From NCBI GenBank assembly GCA_034003955.1, contig JAVEXO010000002.1:44060-108059 (forward strand): a DNA stretch of 64,000 bases, read 5' to 3'. A program made the translations under genes and the position numbers. Below the pieces are notes generated by a model, which saw nothing but the letters and a program-made list of their open reading frames with translations, did not search any database and was not told where the DNA came from. The stretch is from Spirochaetia bacterium (lineage in GTDB: Bacteria; Spirochaetota; Spirochaetia; Treponematales; UBA12059). This document shows, piece after piece, positions 46,601 to 54,630 of the stretch (position 1 is the stretch's first letter; each line of letters opens with the position of its first letter).

Positions 46601-48038
46601 CTTCTCGCCAGGTGGCTGCGATACATGATTCAGGAGATCTGTGTTCAAAATTAGGTTGGGGATTAAAGTCAGCATAGAGACGACGAGTCTCACTTTGTCG
46701 CTTTAATTCCAGGTCTACAGCGCTCGCCACCTTCTCTGTGAATTCACTTAAGACATGCAGGAGTGTTCTGCGTATGAAGTTGTTAAAGAATCTAGTCTTG
46801 ATTGAAGAAAGCCTTGAGGTTGGGAAGTCATACGCCTCCAGGGCCTTGTTCAGGTTCCCACTCATCATATCGATGATGCCTGTCTGAAGATACGTTTGTA
46901 GTTCCCTGCAGATAGAAACCAGACAACGCTTTGTCCTGAAAAAATCGTAGACAGAAGACGCACGCAGCTCTTCTAACTCCTGTTGGTTTGACTTTACATC
47001 ACCTATATCAAGACCCTTGATGACAGAAATAGCAAGAATTTCCAGGATGATGCCTAATGCTTCACGAATGTTATGTGGTGTAACATCCGTATAATGATTG
47101 TTTGTAAGATCGCTGGCTAAAAGGAATACTAGACGGCCAATGGATAGATCGAGCAATAAAAAATCATAGAGTTCGATACGACCCTCGCTATACGACTTCT
47201 TAAGAAGCTGTTTAAACATTGCCAGGCGTTTTATGTAATCTAGCAGCAAGTGGGGCTTGGAAAGGTTGTCAGAAGTGAGCATTTCAAGAAAGCTCTGCAC
47301 TTCTGCCCTCATAAAACATCGATCGAACATGTCCATGCCATCAGCAAGCTCTCGCTTGACGGCGGCTAGGTTACCTGCCCCGTAATCCCATAAATATTGT
47401 AATCGCTCCAGGAGATCCTGTGCTAGATCAATAAACTCCTGGCTTTCATCCTCTATAGAAAACATGCTTGGCAGAGCCACGTAGCCGACCTTGCGCATGG
47501 GTTCTGGATTATCATGCAGGACAAGCTGCAGGTAAGGCTCCAAAAAGAGCCCAATTATACGAGGAGACAGGCGTCTATGAACCTCTTTCCTAAGATCACC
47601 TGCAAACCCTCGAACAGGATCATCCTCTGTCCTTGCCTCCTCGAATTCTTCGGCGCTTGCTCTTATTTGCTCAATCATGTCTTCCGCATTCTGTCGGGTG
47701 GGAAGCTTCTTTATGACTTCGCGGGTGTAGTATATAAAGGTTGCAGATGGCTTGGAAACCGAATTCAGGGTAAGACGCATCTCACTCTCTATCCGTGCAT
47801 ATATTTTCTCTATATCGTCTTTCTGAGATCGTTGATCCGGAACGCCTTCATCCTGACCTAAGAGCCTGAGGTGTACCAGAATTTCAATGAGCAGATCGAT
47901 GCGTCCCTGCTCATCAGCGCACTCCCTAACCTGTTGGAGTTGACCTAGAATACTGTCCCATGTGTTGAGGCGCACAGTTATCCTCCAGAAAGAGTGATAA
48001 ATCCCATCTTTGCCCCTAGAGATGCGCTTGTCAAGCAT
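43608..48038 (-). CDS. multidomain fusion protein: unknown helical N-domain + PPDK-type ATP-grasp + PEP-utilizer phosphohistidine swivel domain + phosphoglycerate-kinase-like module
   Basis: This is a 1476-aa single ORF. PPDK_N-like motifs are FGGKGNSILDMAKIGLMVPPAFIL, PLLVSIRSGAPMSMPGVMATILNVG, GVVITRNPITGEDELFGEFKKQAQGEEVVMG and DLEFTVEDGKLYLLQAR. The swivel motif is PGRTSHAAITAMAMNKPCIVGC (His984, nt 45087-45089). PGK-like motifs are KVLVRVDANIG..DDRRI..LLEKGATPIVCSHLGDPG, NLIENLRFAAGEKDNDEAF, VNDAFNVCQRRHAS, FIAVFGGAELEAQF and MWSGPAALEHF. Confidence 0.85.
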   Translation of the reverse strand: MLDKRISRGKDGIYHSFWRITVRLNTWDSILGQLQQVRECADEQGRIDLLIEILVHLRLLGQDEGVPDQRSQKDDIEKIYARIESEMRLTLNSVSKPSATFIYYTREVIKKLPTRQNAEDMIEQIRASAEEFEEARTEDDPVRGFAGDLRKEVHRRLSPRIIGLFLEPYLQLVLHDNPEPMRKVGYVALPSMFSIEDESQEFIDLAQDLLERLQYLWDYGAGNLAAVKRELADGMDMFDRCFMRAEVQSFLEMLTSDNLSKPHLLLDYIKRLAMFKQLLKKSYSEGRIELYDFLLLDLSIGRLVFLLASDLTNNHYTDVTPHNIREALGIILEILAISVIKGLDIGDVKSNQQELEELRASSVYDFFRTKRCLVSICRELQTYLQTGIIDMMSGNLNKALEAYDFPTSRLSSIKTRFFNNFIRRTLLHVLSEFTEKVASAVDLELKRQSETRRLYADFNPQPNFEHRSPESCIAATWREVDDGARHMFGGKGNSILDMAKIGLMVPPAFILGFPLFKYSSQSGKLDNPIIIALVDANLRELERQSGRELGNADRPLLVSIRSGAPMSMPGVMATILNVGITPTVMDGIVKRRGKVLADSLYKRFLSNCLDALDLLDNWDLFDGQDLTILADLSEVTIHTDGDASIGTQNLQNKKGDAATKDSIAQEDLNDESDAKNSGTALDARALLDGRDILGGRDMEPRTAKRIVVRSVDEMESRLATLFGQRFFLDPREQILRCIQLVYASRGNQAVRAYSKTLVTDIHVETAVTVQQLAFGNLNDRSLSGVVITRNPITGEDELFGEFKKQAQGEEVVMGSSDTEPVANLDKVLHDELETCKSLLVGHYRQDLDLEFTVEDGKLYLLQARAAKLGPFANLSADTDFLRRGVIGLTEYRERLDRLEMAYASVALPRADFQSRLWNPPLTVGVPINGGVVSGTLVLTQKRLQEAEARRESVVYLAHTTKPTDFAVMNGAHAIVTIYPGRTSHAAITAMAMNKPCIVGCSDVEIDIEHKTVLFHGSTPTLLREGERVTADGNTGAVYRGVAPISEFFLPLSAVSLAASRCKTAAEAAEAVHKLIRLEQADMMSKTNTQRASLDDIDRLDGIKVLVRVDANIGVEDYYIEDDRRILQIIPALRVLLEKGATPIVCSHLGDPGAAEDSNVSREDLYHRYSLKPVAEMLQKHLGSDFIFHETSVGASGVLIGKEDIVSGSVNLIENLRFAAGEKDNDEAFARSLAGLCDGWFVNDAFNVCQRRHASITGVPKFVSRKLAGPLVARELSILSSILNAPVHPFIAVFGGAELEAQFGVMAALLPRVDQLAVCYTRVSSRLDSDEPAMQPDQKAVESMIQSLFKKHPEKVIIVAMDVSGNNQELKKLTRAEQRLVLSLDTAQTIMWSGPAALEHFTEDRSSSSRGSLNAQEWALHHAIGRANLTVVCSEDEKHLADIHAPGFHLSSGPRAFLEYLERLSLPGLTALDPVER

Positions 48039-48050
48039 AATGCTCTATCT
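48022..48050. repeat. 29-nt direct repeat, copy B (spans the start codon of the 1476-aa ORF)
   Basis: The sequence is atgcgcttgtcaagcataatgctctatct. On the minus strand it reads AGATAGAGCATT ATG CTT GAC AAG CGC AT. Confidence 0.75.
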
Positions 48051-48160
48051 TAGAGTGCTTGACCTCGGTGGACAGCCTAATACATAGAAATTGCAACTAG
48101 AATACTTGCGTCTTGTATGCGTAGCACTAATACTCTAGGCAGAAAAGAGGAAATCTTTAT

Positions 48161-49081
48161 ATGATGAGCAGATTCTTAAACTATATAGAAATAAAGACAA
48201 AAATTACGAGTGTTTTTGCTTTTTTGTATTCCCTGGCTTTGCTTTTTGCATCGCATATTACTATTAACTGGAGACTAACAACTTCCTTTTTTATCTCTAT
48301 GCTTGTCTTCGATCTGACAACAACTGCAATTAACAACTATATAGATACCAAGACTAACGATCAAACTCTTCAATTTAAGCGTTCAATAGCTTTAGTAATA
48401 ATCTTTGTTTTATTTATCATTGCTGCGGCTTTTGGCCTGTATCTTGCGTACCAAACGGATGGAGTTGTTCTTGCTGTAGGTGGGGTTTGTTTCCTGTTTG
48501 GTGTTTTTTATACCTACGGTCCTATACCCATATCCCGACAACCCTTAGGCGAACTGTTTTCCGGCTTGTTTTATGGTTTGCTCATCCCGTTCCTGTTGCT
48601 GTATATCAATCTGCCTAAAGGAGCGCTCGTGCAGTACAGTGTGTACTCAGGGACTTTCACAATGAGTATTCGTATCATCCCCGTTGTCAAGATGCTCCTC
48701 TTTACAATCCCTCCTGTATGCCTAACTGCAAATATAATGCTTGCCAATAATATATGTGATGTAGAGAAAGATGTTGCAGTCAAACGTTATACCTTGCCCT
48801 ATTACCTTGGTTCTAAGTCACTTTTACTCTTTGTGGCATTAAACTATTTGCCATATTTAGCGCTTATTATAATGGTGGCCATACGAATGCTACCCCCGCT
48901 CTGCCTTATATCTTTTGCAACGATTCTCATAGTTAAGAAGAATATCAAGGCATTTCTTGATACACAGGAAAAAGCCACAACCTTTATTAACTCCATAAAG
49001 AATTATGTCATTATCATGGGTTCATTTACGTTACTAATCATTATAAGTGGTTTTCTAGCTCAAACAGTCAATAGTCTATGA
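48161..49081 (+). CDS. UbiA family prenyltransferase (MenA-like)
   Basis: It has about 8-9 TM helices, a first Asp-rich motif NNYIDTKTND and a second NNICDVEKD. Confidence 0.87.
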   Translation: MMSRFLNYIEIKTKITSVFAFLYSLALLFASHITINWRLTTSFFISMLVFDLTTTAINNYIDTKTNDQTLQFKRSIALVIIFVLFIIAAAFGLYLAYQTDGVVLAVGGVCFLFGVFYTYGPIPISRQPLGELFSGLFYGLLIPFLLLYINLPKGALVQYSVYSGTFTMSIRIIPVVKMLLFTIPPVCLTANIMLANNICDVEKDVAVKRYTLPYYLGSKSLLLFVALNYLPYLALIIMVAIRMLPPLCLISFATILIVKKNIKAFLDTQEKATTFINSIKNYVIIMGSFTLLIIISGFLAQTVNSL

Positions 49082-49084
49082 TGC

Positions 49085-51292
49085 TTAATCTACCTTAAAA
49101 CGTTTGACCGTTTGTTCTACGGTCTGAATACTGACCATGTTCTGTTTGCTCATCTCGTTGACCAGCACGACAGATGTGTTTATATCTGCAGCGCCTACGT
49201 TTATTTCGGCTATTGCCTGCTTGACCTCGGCCGTTACATCGGTAAGGGTGTGTACGGCTTCAAGTATAGATTGACTTCCTACAGCCATCTCCCGAGAGCC
49301 TGATTCTACCTCTGTGCTTATACGGCGCAGGTTTTGAACGCTGTCAAGCACCTGTTTGTTGCCGGCGCTCTGTTCTTCAACAGCATTCCTAATTTCACTC
49401 TGTCTGTGGCTTACTTCCTGGATAGATACGCGTATTGATTCGAACGAATGGCCTGCCTCTCCCGCAAGCTGTACACCTGAATCTACAATATCATGCAAGG
49501 ATTGTAATACATCTGAAATATCTCGAGACCGTGATGCGGTATCCTCGGCTAACTTGCGTATTTCGTCTGCTACGACGGCAAAGCCTTTTCCTGCATCCCC
49601 AGCATGTGCCGCTTCGATTGCTGCATTCATTGCCAGCAGGTTTGTTTGTGATGCTATGGATGTGATGATGCTGTTAGTCTCTTCAAGGCCATCCGAACGG
49701 TTAGCTATGGAATGTATGCTCTCTGTAACAGCCGTCAGGCGGTCAAATCCTTGATCAGAAACTTCCTCAAGTTTTTTGAAGGCTGCTACGCTGTGATCGA
49801 CATTGTTGTTTATGGAATCCATGTTTGAAACCATCTGTTCAACAGCAACCGCACTGTTGCCCAGATATACAGCCTGCTCCTGCACCAGCCTGGTAAGGCT
49901 GTTAATATTTCCTACAATCTGTTCAATGGTAGCGCTGACTTCTTCAACAGCATTACCTTGCCTGTCAAAAGAATGGCTTACGCTATTAATGTTGCTATGT
50001 ATCTCTATGATGGCCGAAGATGTCTGTTCCATGTTTTTGGCCAAGTCTCCACCTAACATCTGCAATGTAGCAACCTCGTTACGGATAGTACCTATGATCA
50101 AAGCAAGATTACCCGTAAAGGTGTTAAAGCTTTGTGCAAGGCTACCCATTTCATCCCTACTCTTTACCACTAATTGCTGAGTAAGGTCCGCCTCGCCTTT
50201 GGCTATCTCCTCTAAAGCCTTGCGCGTGAACTGTAATGGTTTGAGAAATTGTATAGACAGGAGTGAAACAAGGATTACAATGATTAATAAGCCAATGGCT
50301 AGAATAACAATATTTGTTCTAAGGAGATTAAGCACTCCAGAATAAGTTTCTTCTTCCGGAACGACGGTGCCATACATCCATGGTTCAGGATATTCACTAA
50401 TAAAAATAGGCACGAAACTTTTAAGAGCATAACTGTCTAGCGCAACTGAATAGGTCAACTGAGTAAATGAATCACCGGATTTTAGCGATTCCATGATCCC
50501 TTCACGCAGTTCAGAGTCCCATTCCGGTGCTATTTTACCGATTCTATCGGCGCTAGGATGTGTCATCACAATTCCGTGATTAGAAATCAAACGCCCAAAA
50601 CCTGTTTCATAGAGCCTAAGACTACCAAGCTTATTACTAATCTCATCGTTACGTAGGTCTACACCAACGGCTCCTATGAATTGTCCATCTACGATGATAG
50701 GCGCAACAGCAGATACCATCACGTCATCTTTTCCTTGCAGCGATACTGTATACGGTTCACTTAGGTACTGGTTACGAGTCTGTTTTGGGATCGTATAGTA
50801 GTCCGCTGCATACGCTTCTTTTGCACTTGCCACCTCGAGCATTATAGAGCCAGATCCGCGCATGAAATGAGGATAAAACCGTCCGTCATTATCGCTACCG
50901 GAAGCAGTGTCAGTCGCAAATAGAGCGTCATTACCTTCTAATACCTCTGGTTCCAAGAGTATCCATGCCCCAAAGATGTCATTATTGCCTATGAGAATGG
51001 CTTTGAGTAAAGATAGATACGTTGATCGGCGTGCTTCTGCTTCAAGCTCAGGAAAGCTGGCCATAATTGAAGCCAAGACCTGTGCGTGTTCCATAGGCGT
51101 TTCAAGGATTCGAGCCACCTTGTTGGCATACTCCCTGGATAGGCTCTCCATGTAACGATAAGAATCCTGTTTATTCTGAGTAAAAACACCATTGATTACC
51201 AAAAAACCGCTCAATCCAAAGACAAGGGTAAGCGAGACGGTTATTGCAAGAATAAGTTTAAGTCTAATTGACATGAATCGCTTTCTTGACAT
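49085..51292 (-). CDS. methyl-accepting chemotaxis protein (double-Cache-like sensor, HAMP)
   Basis: It has two TMs flanking a ~290-aa periplasmic domain, then a HAMP domain. The conserved signalling hairpin is [35 protein letters not shown]. Confidence 0.92.
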   Translation of the reverse strand: MSRKRFMSIRLKLILAITVSLTLVFGLSGFLVINGVFTQNKQDSYRYMESLSREYANKVARILETPMEHAQVLASIMASFPELEAEARRSTYLSLLKAILIGNNDIFGAWILLEPEVLEGNDALFATDTASGSDNDGRFYPHFMRGSGSIMLEVASAKEAYAADYYTIPKQTRNQYLSEPYTVSLQGKDDVMVSAVAPIIVDGQFIGAVGVDLRNDEISNKLGSLRLYETGFGRLISNHGIVMTHPSADRIGKIAPEWDSELREGIMESLKSGDSFTQLTYSVALDSYALKSFVPIFISEYPEPWMYGTVVPEEETYSGVLNLLRTNIVILAIGLLIIVILVSLLSIQFLKPLQFTRKALEEIAKGEADLTQQLVVKSRDEMGSLAQSFNTFTGNLALIIGTIRNEVATLQMLGGDLAKNMEQTSSAIIEIHSNINSVSHSFDRQGNAVEEVSATIEQIVGNINSLTRLVQEQAVYLGNSAVAVEQMVSNMDSINNNVDHSVAAFKKLEEVSDQGFDRLTAVTESIHSIANRSDGLEETNSIITSIASQTNLLAMNAAIEAAHAGDAGKGFAVVADEIRKLAEDTASRSRDISDVLQSLHDIVDSGVQLAGEAGHSFESIRVSIQEVSHRQSEIRNAVEEQSAGNKQVLDSVQNLRRISTEVESGSREMAVGSQSILEAVHTLTDVTAEVKQAIAEINVGAADINTSVVLVNEMSKQNMVSIQTVEQTVKRFKVD

Positions 51293-51418
51293 GCGGATAC
51301 TCCCGACAAAACCTAATAGGAACTAGCCAGGTTATATCCTAAAACCGGCTTGTATAACTATATACTTGCCATAGCCTTGCTTATTGTCAAGCTGGAGGCT
51401 CGATTGTCTTGCTATCTT

Positions 51419-52120
51419 TTATGGCTTTCCTGTAAAAGGGTTGGTAGACAAGTATATGGAGGAGCCTTCATCTTCCAAAACAAGGCTGCTGATAGTAGGA
51501 AGAATAAACCCAGGCTCCTCACTAAGACTATGCGTTGTATCATCGGTAAACGTTAGCTGGGCCCAAACGGCACAACCATCACTGCCATGCGAAGGAATGG
51601 ATAAGTCAGGTATAAACTCAAGCTTGGATTTCGGCTCGGGACTGCCACGTATTCTACAGTCCAGGACATCAAAAGAGGTATAATTTCTGCCATCGAATGC
51701 TGTTATTGCAAGGGGAAGCTTAGGATGCACTGGAAGTTTGCACGGTACATAGAATGAGAGTACAACTTCTCCATGTATAATAGCGGCGCTGAAATTTTCT
51801 ATTACGGTACTGGCGTATTGTTTATCAGCGATACGCATATGAAAATAGTACGTAGGAAGGGCGATAGAGAGAAATGCACTTTCATACAGTTCTATTTGCT
51901 CTTCAGGGCTAAAAACCCCGTCGTGATCATGATCGTAGCGACACTGCATGTCTAATGAAAAATTGCGTAAAAGATACCAATCAACCTGGATGCCGTCTAA
52001 AAGCTCATCCTGAATAAGCAGAGTGAACACAGCATCTACCCACTGATGAGGATGAGCGAAGGCCTGTATAACATTACCGTACATCAGTATACAGGCAATG
52101 AGCATCGGTAGTAGTCGCAT
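51419..52120 (-). CDS. DUF1007 family periplasmic protein
   Basis: It has a signal peptide followed by AHPHQWVDAVF, then WYLLRNFS and a DHDHDGVFSPEE loop. The start was trimmed to MRLLPMLIAC at 52120. Confidence 0.72.
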   Translation of the reverse strand: MRLLPMLIACILMYGNVIQAFAHPHQWVDAVFTLLIQDELLDGIQVDWYLLRNFSLDMQCRYDHDHDGVFSPEEQIELYESAFLSIALPTYYFHMRIADKQYASTVIENFSAAIIHGEVVLSFYVPCKLPVHPKLPLAITAFDGRNYTSFDVLDCRIRGSPEPKSKLEFIPDLSIPSHGSDGCAVWAQLTFTDDTTHSLSEEPGFILPTISSLVLEDEGSSIYLSTNPFTGKP

Positions 52121-52190
52121 GTGTCTAAGGTTGCAGCGCCACTTCATTAGGGTCAAGAGCTAACAGAATCCCTGTTGGCATTCAATTCGA

Positions 52191-54062
52191 CTAATCAACT
52201 TTAAATTTACGCACTTCTAGTTCCAGCGCATCTATGCTTGCCCTATTATCCTGGCTCAGATCATTGACTGTGCTTACGGCTACACTAATTTCTTGAACAC
52301 CTGCGGCTATCTCTGTCATGCTTCCCGTTACTTCCTGTGTAATCATCTCAAGATTCTTGCTTTCTTGTATGACTTCCTTGCTTCCTATGAGCATCTCCGA
52401 TGAACCAGAACGCACCTGAGAAGTTATTTCGGTTAACTGACTTATAGCCGAAAGTATTTCCTTGCTGCCAGCCGCCTGTTCGTCCATTGAATTTCGTATC
52501 ATGGTTTCATATTCAGAAACGATCTTGACCTTCTCGTCTATGTCGATAAACTGCTTTAACACCAGCGATGTGGAGTTAGACACCTGATCTACGGAGGATT
52601 TTACCTTCTTTAAAATCAAAGATATTGTCTTGGCCTGCTCTGCCGATGATTCGGCGAGGTTTCGTATCTCATTGGCAACAACAGCGAAGCCTTTCCCGGA
52701 TTCACCTGCATGTGCCGCTTCAATAGCAGCATTCATAGATAGCAAATTGGTCTGACTGGCGATATTGCTTATGACAGCATTGATCTCTATGAGGCCCTCA
52801 GAGTCTTTCGCTATTTCTTGTATTTTTGTTGAGACATCGATAAGGTCGGCATGCCCCTTCTCTGATGCCTTTGTTAGAGCTGTAACATTAACCTCGTTCT
52901 TTACGAGGCTCTGTAGAACCGATGCAATGTTAGCAAGCATCTCCTCTATGGCCGCAGAAGACTGGGTGACACTAGCCGATTGCTGATCGATGTGGTCATT
53001 GAGCTTTCCAATATTGTTGGTTATCTGCTGCATCGTTGAATTAGTCTCTATGACACTAGCCGATTGATTAATAGTCTGGTTCTTAACACTAGAAAGGTTT
53101 GTGCTTATTTGATGAACCGAGGCTGCGGTCTCATTCATATTAGCAGAAAGATCCAGTCCAAGTTCAGATAGCTTAATGGATTTTTCCCTTATAAGGGTAA
53201 CCAACCCCTTTATTTTATCCATAGACTGATTGAAGTAGCCTGCTAGCTCACCTATCTCATCATTCTTCTTGATTTCAAGCCGTTTAGTCAGGTCTCCTTC
53301 ACCATCAGATATATCCTTTAGCATGGCCGAGGTATGCTTGATAGCCTTAATCATCTGGGCGTACATCACCAGGACGACACAAACAATGAGTGCCGTCAAA
53401 ATTTGCATTATAAGGGTAAATTGAATGGAGATGTAAAGCCTTCTGGTCTGATGAGCAATTTCTAGCGCACCTCTAGTATCAAGTTCTTTCAAGAATTTAT
53501 TGACAGGAACCATTATCTTGTCTACTTCAGCAGAATATGCATCATCAAAGACAATACGGAAAGCGAACTGGCGTGCCGCTTCCCCCTGCATTGGTTTAAA
53601 GGGACCATGTACTATATAGTTATTCATGACACTGTCCATGGCTTGAGTCTCTGTGGCTACCAGGGTAGAAGACTTTTTAGACGCATCTTCCAAAAGAAGC
53701 ATTTCTGTGTCGGAGAAACCTAACTCAAGCATAATGTCTGATTGTTTTTTAATCTCGCCCCGATACAGATTCTGGTGTACAAATTCTGGTCGTGCGATTT
53801 CACCAGCTCGCCATTTTACTATGTCCCAATAGGCGTTGTAATACTTTATGTCTGCGGTGGCTATATATGATCTGCACAGAGACGTCAGATCTGCCGAAGT
53901 TTGCCTAAACTCATCAGCCAAGTTATAGGAAAGGTATTTTTTTTCATGTACAGACTGAAGATCTGTACTTTTCTTGATTGTGAAAAATTGAGCTCCTATG
54001 GTCATGGTAATGGCTACGCCCGCTATGACGGAAAAGAGTATTGCCCGTTGTTTAAGATTCAC
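52191..54062 (-). CDS. methyl-accepting chemotaxis protein (helical-bundle sensor, HAMP)
   Basis: The signalling hairpin is [35 protein letters not shown]. The start was trimmed to the GTG at 54062, with AAGGAG 5 nt upstream (the track ORF starts at a TTG at 54089). Confidence 0.9.
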   Translation of the reverse strand: MNLKQRAILFSVIAGVAITMTIGAQFFTIKKSTDLQSVHEKKYLSYNLADEFRQTSADLTSLCRSYIATADIKYYNAYWDIVKWRAGEIARPEFVHQNLYRGEIKKQSDIMLELGFSDTEMLLLEDASKKSSTLVATETQAMDSVMNNYIVHGPFKPMQGEAARQFAFRIVFDDAYSAEVDKIMVPVNKFLKELDTRGALEIAHQTRRLYISIQFTLIMQILTALIVCVVLVMYAQMIKAIKHTSAMLKDISDGEGDLTKRLEIKKNDEIGELAGYFNQSMDKIKGLVTLIREKSIKLSELGLDLSANMNETAASVHQISTNLSSVKNQTINQSASVIETNSTMQQITNNIGKLNDHIDQQSASVTQSSAAIEEMLANIASVLQSLVKNEVNVTALTKASEKGHADLIDVSTKIQEIAKDSEGLIEINAVISNIASQTNLLSMNAAIEAAHAGESGKGFAVVANEIRNLAESSAEQAKTISLILKKVKSSVDQVSNSTSLVLKQFIDIDEKVKIVSEYETMIRNSMDEQAAGSKEILSAISQLTEITSQVRSGSSEMLIGSKEVIQESKNLEMITQEVTGSMTEIAAGVQEISVAVSTVNDLSQDNRASIDALELEVRKFKVD

Positions 54063-54203
54063 GAAGTCTCCTTGGTACAAACCTATCAAATTTCTATTAA
54101 AACATGCAAAGTGCAGATAATAACAAATTTATTAGTATATCTATATGCTTTATTCTTATCAAGTCGTAATGCACAAGGGATTTAAACGAAGCTTGACTAG
54201 GTT

Positions 54204-54598
54204 TTACATTGTTTTCACAGGGCTTTTCCTCCTAGCTCTGCCCTCATAGTCATCGAGCTTTTCAAGCACGAATTCATAGAGCCTTGGCTTGAGGCTTTGG
54301 GCTGCCGCGGTAAAAAGCGGCAGCACGCCAAAAGAGTCAAAGCTACCATCCTGCACGAGTATGGGCGTCATCTTTGGGTCTCCAGGGCGTTCTCCCTCAT
54401 CAACCCTGTTGTGGCTGAATCCTTCAAGTAACGTCCAGGTAAGCGAGCGCTGGTAAGCAAATTTATCGTAGACTAACTGAAAGCCAGTAGCGGCCCGTTT
54501 TCACTCGCGTACCAAAGATAAAGATCAAAATAGTTGTCATAGAACAGTCGTCGGTAACCGTCGTCGTGTTGGCGAAGATCAGGAAATTCCTTTAGCAT
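54204..54598 (-). pseudogene. frameshifted conserved hypothetical gene (~131 codons)
   Basis: It is not in the ORF track. Hand translation gives MLKEFPDLRQHDDGYRRLFYDNYFDLYLWYASENGPLLAFS, ending at a TAG at 54473-54475. The adjacent frame continues GFQLVYDKFAYQRSLTWTLLEGFSHNRVDEGERPGDPKMTPILVQDGSFDSFGVLPLFTAAAQSLKPRLYEFVLEKLDDYEGRARRKSPVKTM* (TAA at 54204-54206). The 395-nt span is not a multiple of 3. AAAGGAG lies upstream of the ATG. Confidence 0.7.
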
Positions 54599-54630
54599 TC
54601 TTTGCTCCTTTCTATTCTAGGCGTACTTCC

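Noticed and set aside
49570-52765. About 80 nt of nucleotide similarity between the two MCP genes (49570-49650 versus 52685-52765) was considered as a dispersed repeat.
   Set aside because: It coincides with the universally conserved MCP signalling hairpin ([19 protein letters not shown]), so the similarity is explained by protein-level conservation.
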